From positions 2,272,001 to 2,336,000 of the forward strand of contig OZ243916.1 of assembly GCA_965213675.1 (NCBI GenBank): a DNA stretch of 64,000 nucleotides, written 5' to 3'. Source of the stretch: an uncultured Candidatus Binatia bacterium. GTDB lineage: Bacteria; Desulfobacterota; Binatia; UBA9968; JAJDTQ01. The notes beneath the pieces are model-generated. The model was not told where the DNA came from. It saw nothing but the letters and a program-made list of their open reading frames with translations, and did no database searches. Made by a program: the position numbers and the translations under genes. Positions 41,301 to 49,848 of the stretch are shown here, piece after piece. The first letter of the stretch is position 1. Each line of letters starts with the position of its first letter.

Positions 41301-41799
41301 TGGAATACCCCAAGGATCTGCGCACGATCGAAGCGCGGCCGTCGGCGCCGATAATTCGGTCGACATTTATGGCGCAGTCCGAGCGGTCTTTCGAGAAGGT
41401 GATCCGTTCGTCTTCAACGACATTGACCCGCGCGTGGGAAATGAAATCGACATTGGCCTCGTTCTCTATGACCTCGCGGAGGCTTGAAACGAGCAGCGCG
41501 TGGTCGCATACCAGACCCCGTGAACCGTCTGGATAAGGAAGCAGGATCGGGTCGGAGTCGTCGTCGGGCAGCACCACGAAGCCGACGCCCGACTTGCTGC
41601 CGGAAAGCGTGTCGACATCAATCCCGATGTCACGCAACAAATTCACTGCCGGCGGATGCAACCATTCGCCTGCAAGGCGTTTAGACGCTTTCGGATTCGC
41701 TTCGAGCAGGGCCACCTTAACGCCCTTGCGCGCAAGGACAATTGCGCACACGCTTCCCACCGGTCCCGCGCCGACAATGGCGGTATCATACTTCGGCAC
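38359..41799 (-). CDS. Squalene epoxidase-oxidosqualene cyclase fusion
   Basis: GTG 41799 after GAGGAGG. N-half: GAGPVG, RLAGEWLHP, ADG, GDAAGHYHPMTAVGMT. C-half: QxxDGxW repeats, WYCHTR, GWPVSDCTAE, GVWG.QYIYGT, GVFF..ALLDY..YRQYFP. Confidence 0.92.
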   Translation of the reverse strand: MPKYDTAIVGAGPVGSVCAIVLARKGVKVALLEANPKASKRLAGEWLHPPAVNLLRDIGIDVDTLSGSKSGVGFVVLPDDDSDPILLPYPDGSRGLVCDHALLVSSLREVIENEANVDFISHARVNVVEDERITFSKDRSDCAINVDRIIGADGRASIVRRSLGYSMDPMLCSRMLGVTLHDADLPFEGYGHVVLGGPGPIFIYGLANGSVRVNVDVPLDCWHSKDWISFLSESYGKLLPGYLGPAFVEALDVRRFHAAPNQLRPRVTYGNPRRVLIGDAAGHYHPMTAVGMTLGFGDALALSESEDFQQFTAERFQATRVPEFLAMGLYEVLGDYRTESAMLRKAVYQGWRANSGYRDRTMRILACEDLSMSMTVFSFCETVARAMSREITFSIRRLSWRRMLVNFRALAARLWWLLLGIRQLRAATREGREESANTREHLRRAFPYSIPSKTESERPARAGAVDSPDAGPALDSAAQCLVQLQREDGDWEGEMVWCPMLTAQYVLLHHIIGQPLDPGKRRRVLRSFERTRLQDGSWGLHEHSSPHLFVTALVYVAARLLGVLPDDPLIAPARRFIQAEGILGIPSWGKLWLALLNLYDWNGVNAVLPELWSLPRKIPLHPSNWYCHTRLIYMAMASIYARRFQAPVTPVIAALREELYPQGFARADFLAARNRLRDADLFARPSVWLRLGYGFARLVERFHSKHLRTRCMDTILGQIRWELQTTGHTSISPVSGILNILALWLHDPDDTDCRRALSKMGSWIWEDEDDGLRVSGARSASWDTGFALQALATMPETDRVRDALRRGADFLLGEQIKTSFERFREAYRADPKGGWCFAGGWHGWPVSDCTAEAVLGLVAAHGDDTDPSVLSEAIGFMLRSQNPDGGFGSYEARRSAIDLERLNPAEMFGESMTERSFVECTASCIAALAVCRDRFPEIGDRSVVADSIARGVLWLRRHQMADGSWRGVWGVQYIYGTLFGIRGLVSDRAGPSDPALRASCRWLLERQQPDGGWGEHHSGCLTGRYVPHQESQVIQTAWALIALLEAGTTDWAAISRGAGFLLDTQEADGTWPKQDMAGVFFRTALLDYVLYRQYFPLHALALYEQRRRNQRMNMILPARSQRVMAGRVAAVDMTPDGGTGTAKKIS

Positions 41800-42103
41800 C
41801 GAGTCAGCCCTCCTCAAAGGGCGCTGGGTATAGCGCGGCGGCGGTTGTGGAGGGCAGGTCTTCCAGGTTCGCCACTGGGGTAGGCATGACGAGCGCCTCC
41901 TGCACCACGTTCGTGGCGAGGCCGGTGAAGGTCAGAGTCGGGTCACTTCCCGCACCGTGTTTGCGAGCGAATCATCTTGTCTTTCAAGGGACGAGTTGTA
42001 TTTCTTTGTTTTCAGCCAATTGCGGGCGGCAGGACAAACCTTACACGGCCAAGTTTCAAACCCGCCAGTGTCCAATCGCGCCGAGACGTGTCTCCAACCC
42101 CCC

Positions 42104-42742
42104 CTACGCCGCGAACGACGCCTGTGTTTCCTTCTCGAAGGCCAGTAGCTTCTGGACGCTGGGGCGGGTCTGCATGCGCGCGAAATGCGCGCGCACGTTG
42201 GGATAGGGCTCCAGGTCGATGTCGAACTGGGTGCTGCGGCGTACGCACCAGAAGAAATGCGCGTCCGGCGCGGTGAAGTGATCGAAGAAGTACTCGCGCC
42301 CGTCCAGCATGGACTCGGCGATTCCGTTGGTCTCGGCCAGGAACTCGGCGGCGATGCGGGACACGCTCTCCACGCTGTCCGCCGCGTCGCACACCTTGGC
42401 CGGCGAGTTGATGCGGCTCAGATAAGGGTGGATGCCCGATGCGCACCACGACATGATCGAGATCGCCCTGACCTCATCCCAAGGATCCGACGGCAGCAGC
42501 CTGGCCTCCGGGAAGCGCCGCGCGATCCACACCTGAATGGCCACGTTCTCCGTCAGGGTTTTCCCGTCCACCATCAGAAGCGGCACCTTGTGCTTGGGAT
42601 TGAGCTTCATGTACTCCTCGGTGCGGTTCTGCCCCGCCCGGAAGTTCAACGCCTTGACTTCGAAGTCCGCCCCCGCCTCGGTCAACGTGATGTAGGGCGC
42701 CATCGCGCAGGTGATGGGCGCGTAATACAACTGGATGCTCAT
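42104..42742 (-). CDS. Glutathione S-transferase family protein
   Basis: LYYAP, LNPKHKVP, LTENVAI, FTAPD, RPSVQ; GGAGGT RBS. Confidence 0.92.
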   Translation of the reverse strand: MSIQLYYAPITCAMAPYITLTEAGADFEVKALNFRAGQNRTEEYMKLNPKHKVPLLMVDGKTLTENVAIQVWIARRFPEARLLPSDPWDEVRAISIMSWCASGIHPYLSRINSPAKVCDAADSVESVSRIAAEFLAETNGIAESMLDGREYFFDHFTAPDAHFFWCVRRSTQFDIDLEPYPNVRAHFARMQTRPSVQKLLAFEKETQASFAA

Positions 42743-42779
42743 GGGTACCTCCGTGTGGTTGGCGACGAGGGTAAGTGCG

Positions 42780-42866
42780 TGGTGCCGGAGGGGGGACTCG
42801 AACCCCCACAGGGTTGCCCCTACTGGATTTTGAGTCCAGCGCGTCTACCAATTCCACCACTCCGGC
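42780..42866 (-). tRNA. tRNA-Leu(CAA)
   Basis: GCCGGAG/CTCCGGC acceptor stem, CTGGA-CT-CAA-AA-TCCAG anticodon arm, long variable arm, GGTTCGAGTCC, CCA. Confidence 0.97.
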
Positions 42867-43040
42867 ACGGAGTGAACCTGACCAGGAGCTTGCGCCGCAG
42901 GACTTCACGGCTGCAAATCCGCTCTCATCCGTCCCTTCGGCCGCTCGATCTCGTCAAACATGACCTGATATTCTCCTCGATCGGCCGAAGGGACGGCGAT
43001 AGCGAATTTTCGCCTTCGCCAATTACTGCGGAGCAGGCTC

Positions 43041-43205
43041 CTGGTGTCGTGTCCCACGTAAATCTTGACAAGGATGCACAGGATTTTTCGTTGCCGGCAA
43101 GGCGCGATGACGAGCCATGGCTGTTACCAAGCGAGGAAGAGCAACGCAGCCGACGACGAAAAAGACCCGCAGATTTGCCAACATTTACGCGGGACACGAC
43201 ACTAG
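43041..43205. mobile_element. MITE-like element (165 bp, about 23-bp terminal inverted repeats)
   Basis: CTGGTGTCGTGTCCCACGTAAAT ... ATTTACGCGGGACACGACACTAG; homologous to 48641-48806. Confidence 0.75.
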
Positions 43206-43233
43206 CTTATGGCGGAAGTGACGTCAAGGTGCG

Positions 43234-43497
43234 TCACGCCTCGGCAAGTCCCGCCAATGGTATCGCCTGCTCCACCAACATGACGGGGATGTCCTCGCGG
43301 ACGGCGTAGAGGTAGCGGCCGTCCGCGCGAACGAGACCGCCGTCGATGGGTTCGGTCACCCTGTCGCCGGCGCGGTTGCGCAGTTGCCCGCCTTCGATCT
43401 TCCGATTGACGGTAGCGACGAGCGCCTCGTCCGCCAGCGAAACCGCCTCGTGGGTTTCGGGACATGCCAGGATGTTGAGCAATTTCTCATCAATCAC
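43234..43497 (-). CDS. Trm112-like (YcaR) protein
   Basis: MIDEKLLNILACPET, LYAVREDIPVML. Confidence 0.88.
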   Translation of the reverse strand: MIDEKLLNILACPETHEAVSLADEALVATVNRKIEGGQLRNRAGDRVTEPIDGGLVRADGRYLYAVREDIPVMLVEQAIPLAGLAEA

Positions 43498-43785
43498 GCC
43501 TGCCTCCAGTCACGCCCGGTTGGACGCTCAATTAATATTTCTCGCCGGCCCGCGGGTGTCAAACAGATCGCCGGCGCCCGCTGCCCCCGCCTGCCTGGAT
43601 TCCCGCTTCCGCGGGAATGACACATCCGTGGGACCGATTTCGTCCCCGCCCATGTCGCCCGAAAGCCGACATGGACGATTCCCCCTTTCGCGGCAACGAC
43701 GGTTCGGCCCGTGGACGCGCGCGCCGTCCACGCGTTTGATGCGACGGGGCCCCTTGGCTATGTTGCCGTGTGGAGGTGGCCAACC

Positions 43786-45363
43786 ATGAACGGGACTTTC
43801 AGGGAGTACATCGAACTGCTGCGGGAGCACGACGAGCTGCTTGACATTCGCAAGCCGGTGGATCTGCGGGACGTCGCAGCGCTCACCGCGCAGAGCGACC
43901 CGGCGCTGCTGTTTCACAATCCCGTGGGCTACTCCATCCCGGTGGCCTGCGGGCTGCTGCAGAAGCGGGAACGGCTGGGCCTCGCCATGGACGCTCCCTA
44001 CCCGGAGATCCACAAGCGCTTCCAGTTCGCCATGTCCAACTCCATCGACCCGGTGATGGTGGACGACGCTCCAGCCAAGGAATGCATCCGGCAAGGCGAC
44101 GACGTGGACCTGTTCAAGCTGCCGGTGCCGATCTTCTCCACCCTGGACGGCGCGCCCATGATCACGGCCGCGGTCGTCATCGCCCAAGACCCCGAGTACG
44201 GCATGAACGCCGGCGTCTACCGGCTCATGCTCAAGGAGCGGAACGTCACCGGCATCGACATCGTGACACCCAACAACCTGCACCGCTTCGTGCAGCGGGC
44301 GCTGGCCGAGAACCGGCCGCTGCCCATCTCCATGTCCATCGGGGTGCATCCGAGGGAGCTCATGGGGGCGCTCTTCAAGGCATCCCTGGGTACCAACGAA
44401 CTGGGTTTCGCTGGCGGCCTCGGCGGGCGGCCGGTGGAGCTGACCCCCGGCGTGGCTACACCGGTTCCGTTCATCGCGGGCTCGGAGATCGTCCTGGAAG
44501 GCGAGATCCCGCCCGAGGGCTGGATTCATCCCGAAGGCCCCTTCGGCGAGTTCTCGCGCCTGGTGGGAGGCACCCACCGCAACCCCAACGTCCACGTGAA
44601 GTCGGTGCTGCACCGGCGCGATCCGATCTATTACGCCTTGCACATGCCATGGGAGAACCTGTGGATGAGCGCGCCCATCTACGAGGCCGCGGCCTGGCGC
44701 GTGCTGGCAGAGACGGGCGTACAGGTCACCGCCATCAACGTCACGCCCGGCGGCTGCTGCCACTGGCACATCGTGGCGTCCATCAAGAAGAGCCCGGGGG
44801 ACGGCAAGAACGCCATCGCCGCGCTGCTGTCCATCGCCGATATCAAGTACGTGGTGGTCACCGACGACGACATCGACATCTTCGACCCCGTGGAAGTGGA
44901 GTGGGCCATCGCCACCCGCGTGCAGGCGGACCGGGACACCGTGATCCTCTCCAACGCCCGCTCCAAGCCCCTGGACCCATCCATTCCGCCCAGCGCCAAC
45001 GGGGTCCCCACCACCGCCAAGATGGGCATCGACGCCACCATACCCGAGAACGTGCCGCGCTACCGCTACAACCGCATCATCTACCACAACCAGGGCAAGG
45101 CCGTGCTTGACGACTACCTGAGCGAATCCCCGGCCGCGCCGCAGCCGGCGGCGGCGGACGACGACGCCATCCAACGGCTGGCGCAACGAACCCTGGACAT
45201 GCTGCGCGAAAAGCGGCTTACCTTCAGCGAGTTGCTGGACGCCTTCCCGGATCAGGCATTCGCCACGGTCATGGCGCTGGTGGGACGCCTCAACGAAGGC
45301 AGGCAGATCACCCTGGACGAAGAGGGGAAGTACATGCCGGCGGAGGATGCACCAGAGGCCTGA
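43786..45363 (+). CDS. UbiD-family decarboxylase with C-terminal extension
   Basis: GGAGGT RBS; NAGVYR, EGPFGE, DDDIDIFD, EWAIATR, LDPS, KMGIDAT. Confidence 0.92.
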   Translation: MNGTFREYIELLREHDELLDIRKPVDLRDVAALTAQSDPALLFHNPVGYSIPVACGLLQKRERLGLAMDAPYPEIHKRFQFAMSNSIDPVMVDDAPAKECIRQGDDVDLFKLPVPIFSTLDGAPMITAAVVIAQDPEYGMNAGVYRLMLKERNVTGIDIVTPNNLHRFVQRALAENRPLPISMSIGVHPRELMGALFKASLGTNELGFAGGLGGRPVELTPGVATPVPFIAGSEIVLEGEIPPEGWIHPEGPFGEFSRLVGGTHRNPNVHVKSVLHRRDPIYYALHMPWENLWMSAPIYEAAAWRVLAETGVQVTAINVTPGGCCHWHIVASIKKSPGDGKNAIAALLSIADIKYVVVTDDDIDIFDPVEVEWAIATRVQADRDTVILSNARSKPLDPSIPPSANGVPTTAKMGIDATIPENVPRYRYNRIIYHNQGKAVLDDYLSESPAAPQPAAADDDAIQRLAQRTLDMLREKRLTFSELLDAFPDQAFATVMALVGRLNEGRQITLDEEGKYMPAEDAPEA

Positions 45364-45516
45364 GCCGGAAGACAGTCCAAGAGCCTGGCGGGATCACGAG
45401 GTCTCTGCGGGGACCCGTGCAGGGAGACGCCACACCCGGGCGCGCATACCGGTTCCAGACGGATCCGTGTCCGGTTGCGCGGGCGCTTGTGGATCGGGAC
45501 CGAAAGGAGAAGGATC

Positions 45517-46140
45517 GTGTCGGCAGAACTCGTTTTCTACACCCACCCCATGTCGCGCGGGCGCATCGTGCGCTGGATGCTGGAGGAGTTGCGCGTCCCC
45601 TACCGCACCGAGAGGGTGGAGTACGGCCCGATGATGAAGGCGCCGGAGTACCTGGCCATCAACCCCATGGGCAAGGTGCCCGCCATCCGCCATGGCGACA
45701 CCGTGGTCACCGAGTGCGCCGGCATCTGCGCCTATCTCGCCGATGCCTTCCCCGACGCCGGGCTGGCGCCTCCGGCCGGACAGCGCGGTGCCTACTTCCG
45801 CTGGCTGTTCTTCGCCGCCGGCCCGTTGGAGGCGGCGGTCACCGGCCGCATGTTCGGTTTCGCGGTGCCAGCGGACAAGGAATCCATGGTGGGCTACGGC
45901 AACTACGCCACGGTGATGAACGCGCTGGAGACGGCGGTGGCGGGCGACGGTTATGTCGCGGGCCATGCCTTTTCGGCCGCCGACGTGTACGTCGGATCGC
46001 ACATCGGTTGGGGCATGCAGTACGACACCGTCGAGAAACGCCCGGCCTTCGAAGCGTACTGGTCGCGGCTCAGCGCGCGCGAGGCCTATCAGCGCGCCAA
46101 CGCCATCGACGATGCGGCGGCTTCGGCCGACAACGCGTAA
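45517..46140 (+). CDS. Glutathione S-transferase family protein
   Basis: GTG start after AAAGGAG; SRGRIVRWMLEE, INPMGKVP, VTECAGI, FSAADVY. Confidence 0.92.
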   Translation: MSAELVFYTHPMSRGRIVRWMLEELRVPYRTERVEYGPMMKAPEYLAINPMGKVPAIRHGDTVVTECAGICAYLADAFPDAGLAPPAGQRGAYFRWLFFAAGPLEAAVTGRMFGFAVPADKESMVGYGNYATVMNALETAVAGDGYVAGHAFSAADVYVGSHIGWGMQYDTVEKRPAFEAYWSRLSAREAYQRANAIDDAAASADNA

Positions 46141-46244
46141 CGCCGGGGGTACCGCCCCACACTCACACGAGCAGCCCGTCACGTCCGCGCCCGCGCCGTC
46201 AGCATCGAGACGGGCAGGCTCATGGGCCCCTCCTGAATCCGGTT

Positions 46245-46895
46245 CTAATGGATGCCCGTGATCTTCACGCTGGCGTGCTTCGACTTGTAGCGACGATTGA
46301 GGGCGATGAGCACGCCGGTCAACCCCTCCACCACGTAGGCGTTGGAAGCCGGTCCGGCGTCCAGGCCGGTGGCGCCGATGCGCTCCAACAGCTCGATGAC
46401 GCGCCCCTTGGCTTCCCGATTGTCGCCGCACACCAGCACGTCGCCCAGGGGCTCGTCCGGGGCGCTGAGGTCCAGCGCCGAGATGTTGTGCAGCGCGCCG
46501 ATGACCGGGGTGTCGTCGCCCAGGATCTTCTGCGCCTCCAGCAGCGCCGAACCCGCTTCCGGCACGAACGGCCGACCCTTGAGCAGCGGCACCACCGCGT
46601 CGATGACGATCTTGCCGCGCAGTTCGTCCGCCAGATCGGCCACCATCTTCTCCTGTCCCTCGTAGGGGACCGAGATGACCGCCAGCTCCGCTTCGCGGAC
46701 TGCGTCGGCGTTGAGCATGCCTTCGACAAAGGAAGTGCCCAGCCTCTCGTTCAAATCCCGGGCTGCATCCGCGCCGCGCTGGGCGTCGCGTGAGCCGATC
46801 AGAACCCGCACACCGGGCCGCGCCAAGCGTCCCGCCAAGCCCATTCCGAGACTTCCGGTCCCTCCAACGATTGCAATTGAAATGGAATCTTGCAT
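46245..46895 (-). CDS. npdG: F420H2:NADP+ oxidoreductase
   Basis: GGTGSLG, IGSRD, VPL, HNISA, DVLVCGD, LIALNRRYK; within the cof cluster. Confidence 0.9.
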   Translation of the reverse strand: MQDSISIAIVGGTGSLGMGLAGRLARPGVRVLIGSRDAQRGADAARDLNERLGTSFVEGMLNADAVREAELAVISVPYEGQEKMVADLADELRGKIVIDAVVPLLKGRPFVPEAGSALLEAQKILGDDTPVIGALHNISALDLSAPDEPLGDVLVCGDNREAKGRVIELLERIGATGLDAGPASNAYVVEGLTGVLIALNRRYKSKHASVKITGIH

Positions 46896-47147
46896 GGGGT
46901 GGCTCATAGCATGTTCGCGCCGGATGCGACAAATCCGCTCTGGACAGGTTCACTTGCAAGGCTGCCTTCCGACTTCGCTCGGCGGACGCGGAGTTGTGCC
47001 CGGGAGCCTGCGCCGCAGGCTCCCGGCGCGAACGGACGGGGAGCGCTCCCCTGAAGGCTTCGGCAAGCTCAAGACAGGCTTTGGGGAACGCGGGGAGCGC
47101 GGGGGGGCGCGGGCGCAGCGCCGGTCCCATGCACTTCCGCTGAAGTG

Positions 47148-47909
47148 CTACGGGCCGCCGCGGAACAGATCGTCTTCCGCCGGACGAATCAGCTCCCGCG
47201 CCGAGCCCTCGCCGGGCGGCAAATCCAGGCCGCGGACGACGACGGCGGGCACCCCGCTCGTCTTTCCCATGACCAGCTCAGCGGCGCTGGCGATCTGGTC
47301 GGCCACGGCGGTGACCGAGGCCTTGAGCTCGTATCCGTACGGGTCCGTGCCGCCGCGGTAGTCGATCAACGGGCCGAAGCCGGCAACGCCAATGGCCACA
47401 TCGGTGGTGCCCAAGCGCCAGGGGCGTCCGAAGGTGTCCGTGATGACGACGCCCACGGTCTTCCCGGCGAGCCGCCGCACTTCCTCACGGATGCGGTGGG
47501 CGGAGCCGTCCGGATCCTCGGGCAGCAGTAGCGCACGGCCCGCGCCCACGTTGGACAGGTCGATGCCCGCGTTGGCGCAAACGAAGCCGTGGTGGGTTTC
47601 AACAACGATGGTGCTGCGTCCCTTGGCGACGATGCGGCGGCTCTCTCCCAGGATCAGTTCCACCAGGCGCGGGTCCTTGCCGTCGAGCTCCGCGGAGAGC
47701 CGCAGGGCCTCCGCCGACGGTGTCACCGCCTGCAGATCCACCACGCGTCCTTCCGACTTGGACACGATCTTCTGCGCCAGTACCAGCACGTCGCCGTCCA
47801 GCAGCGACAGTACGCGGCGCGCGCACGCATCCAACACCAACCGCCCCAACGGGTCGCCTGGTCCGACCTCGCCCAGTCCCTCCACAGCGATGATATCGAG
47901 GTGGCGCAT
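47148..47909 (-). CDS. cofE: F420-0:gamma-glutamyl ligase
   Basis: QKIVSKSEG, CANAGIDLSN, LLPEDPD, DTFGRPWR, ELVMGK. Confidence 0.93.
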   Translation of the reverse strand: MRHLDIIAVEGLGEVGPGDPLGRLVLDACARRVLSLLDGDVLVLAQKIVSKSEGRVVDLQAVTPSAEALRLSAELDGKDPRLVELILGESRRIVAKGRSTIVVETHHGFVCANAGIDLSNVGAGRALLLPEDPDGSAHRIREEVRRLAGKTVGVVITDTFGRPWRLGTTDVAIGVAGFGPLIDYRGGTDPYGYELKASVTAVADQIASAAELVMGKTSGVPAVVVRGLDLPPGEGSARELIRPAEDDLFRGGP

Positions 47910-47946
47910 CACGTTCTGCCGCGCGCGGCCCTACGAAACGGACAAC

Positions 47947-48624
47947 TCAACTGGCTCGGGCGAAGAAGCCACTGCCGCTGTCCCGCATGGCGGCGAGGCG
48001 GTCACGGGTGCGACCGCGCCCCAGGCAGGGGATGAGTTTCTGCAGATCGACGGGTTCGTCGACATCCAGCGCGATGCGCGTGTTCTCCAGGACGTTGACC
48101 GAGGCCCCGCGGGCGGCAGCCTCGTTCAAGTGGTAGCGGAAACTGTCGTAACCGAAGCGGAGCCGCAGGATGTCGGGCGGCGACAGCAACAGCGCGTTGG
48201 TGCCCATGCGGTCGTGGGAGGGGACCAGCACGGCGAACGCGGAAGCGGGACCCGCGGGCGCGGCGTGGACCACGGACTCCACGTCCGCGGCGCGCAACAG
48301 CGGAATGTCCCCCGGTATGACCAGGGCGGCGTCCATGCCCGCCTCCTTCATGACGTCCAGCGCGAAGTGTACCGCATCGGTCTCACCGGTCTCATTCTGT
48401 TCCCGGATCACCGCTACGTCGAAGGGCGAAACCCAGCGCGCCACCTCGGCGGAGCCCGTGACCACGTAGGTCCGGTGAATGCCGTCGGCCTGAGTCACAC
48501 CGGTCAGCACGTCGTGCACCATGGCCTTCATCAACTCCGAGCGTTCGAACAGGCTGAGCCGCGGCGACAGCCGTTGCTTGGCCCCGTGGAACCCCTTGAC
48601 CGGAATGAGCGCGCCAATCTTCAT
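47947..48624 (-). CDS. cofC: 2-phospho-L-lactate/PEP guanylyltransferase
   Basis: IPVK...AKQRL, GDIPL, GTNAL, FG.DSF..H, DVDEP.DL. Confidence 0.92.
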   Translation of the reverse strand: MKIGALIPVKGFHGAKQRLSPRLSLFERSELMKAMVHDVLTGVTQADGIHRTYVVTGSAEVARWVSPFDVAVIREQNETGETDAVHFALDVMKEAGMDAALVIPGDIPLLRAADVESVVHAAPAGPASAFAVLVPSHDRMGTNALLLSPPDILRLRFGYDSFRYHLNEAAARGASVNVLENTRIALDVDEPVDLQKLIPCLGRGRTRDRLAAMRDSGSGFFARAS

Positions 48625-48640
48625 GATGGAGTAGAAGTGC

Positions 48641-48806
48641 CTGGTGTCGTGTCCCGTAAATTCCTGCGACAAGTTGCGCAGGATTTTTTTGTTGCCGGCA
48701 AGGCGCGATGACGAGCAGTGGCGGGCACCCCGCGAGGAAGGTCCACGCAGCCGACGGCGAAAAAGATCCGCAGATTATGACACGAATTAACCAGACACCA
48801 CACTAG
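48641..48806. mobile_element. MITE-like element copy between cofD and cofC
   Basis: CTGGTGTCGTGTCCCGTAAAT ... GACACCACACTAG; core GTTGCCGGCAAGGCGCGATGACGAG identical to the 43041 copy. Confidence 0.75.
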
Positions 48807-49785
48807 ACAGCAGTTCCCGTGCCAGCCGCTTCTTGTCTTCCAGGGTGTCCATGCGGATGGACGTGGCAAGCATGTGGACGCCAAGGCGCTCGATGGCGGG
48901 CTGCAATTTCCGGTCTTCGGTATCGACCACCAGCACATCGACAAAATCCCGATAGGCCTCCGCGAGCCCGGTGACGGACGCCTCCACGCCCAGCGTCGCC
49001 ATGAGCTTGTGTGCCGGGCCGCTAAAGGAGCGGCCCTGCACCATGGGACTCACGGCCACCACCTTGCCAGGCGTATCGCGCAGGGCCTGGCGCACGCCGG
49101 GCACCGCCAGAATGGGGCCGATGCTGGTGGCGGGGTTGCTGGGGCAAACCACCACCAGGGTGGCATGGCCGATGGCTTCGAGCATGCCCGGCGCGGGGCG
49201 GCTTTCCTCGATCCCCTGGTAGCGCAGGCTCAGGACCTCCGGCTGCCAGCGCGCCTTGACGAAGTATTCCTGAAAGGAGACCTCCCCGGCCGGCGTGGCC
49301 AGCCGCGTCTCCACCCGCTGGTCGGACATGGGCAGCACGGCGGCGCGCACCCCCAGCGCGCGGCACAGCATGGCGGTGACTTGGGACAACGGCTGACCCT
49401 GGGACAGGAGGCGCGTGCGCGTCAGGTGGGTGGCGATGTCCCGGTCGCCCAGATGGAACCAGGTTTCGTTGCCAAGCCGTTGGAGCTGGTCCAGCACGGT
49501 GAAAGTATCGTCCCGCACGCCCCAGCCCTTGGCCGGGTCGATGAGGCCGGCGAGGGTGTAGACGATAGTATCGACGTCGGGGGATACGTGGAGGCCATGC
49601 ACTAGCGCGTCGTCACCGGTGTTGCACAGCACCACCAGGTCTTCGGCGGCCGCCTCCTCGTGAAAGCCCAGCACGAGCTTGGCCCCACCGGTGCCTCCGG
49701 TAAGAAGCACATGTGTTCCGGCGCTGGGTTTCGTGGACAATTCCGGCGGTCTCTCCCGAGCGTCCCGCTCTTCCTGGTGCGGCAC
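48787..49785 (-). CDS. cofD: 2-phospho-L-lactate transferase
   Basis: GGTGGAK, NTGDD, SPDVDT, WFHLGDRD, FQEYFV, PSNP..SIGPIL; start uncertain. Confidence 0.93.
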   Translation of the reverse strand: MPHQEERDARERPPELSTKPSAGTHVLLTGGTGGAKLVLGFHEEAAAEDLVVLCNTGDDALVHGLHVSPDVDTIVYTLAGLIDPAKGWGVRDDTFTVLDQLQRLGNETWFHLGDRDIATHLTRTRLLSQGQPLSQVTAMLCRALGVRAAVLPMSDQRVETRLATPAGEVSFQEYFVKARWQPEVLSLRYQGIEESRPAPGMLEAIGHATLVVVCPSNPATSIGPILAVPGVRQALRDTPGKVVAVSPMVQGRSFSGPAHKLMATLGVEASVTGLAEAYRDFVDVLVVDTEDRKLQPAIERLGVHMLATSIRMDTLEDKKRLARELLSSVVSG

Positions 49786-49848
49786 TCGGCGGCGGCTTCG
49801 AAGCCGGCCGTGCCCGGCGCCACCCCCGCAAGGGACGGCGGGTATCCG

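Noticed and set aside
33700-42866. tRNA-Leu-integrated genomic island with att sites
   Set aside because: The triterpenoid block lies 3' of tRNA-Leu, but I found no integrase and no duplicate of the tRNA 3' end; horizontal origin is supported only by composition.
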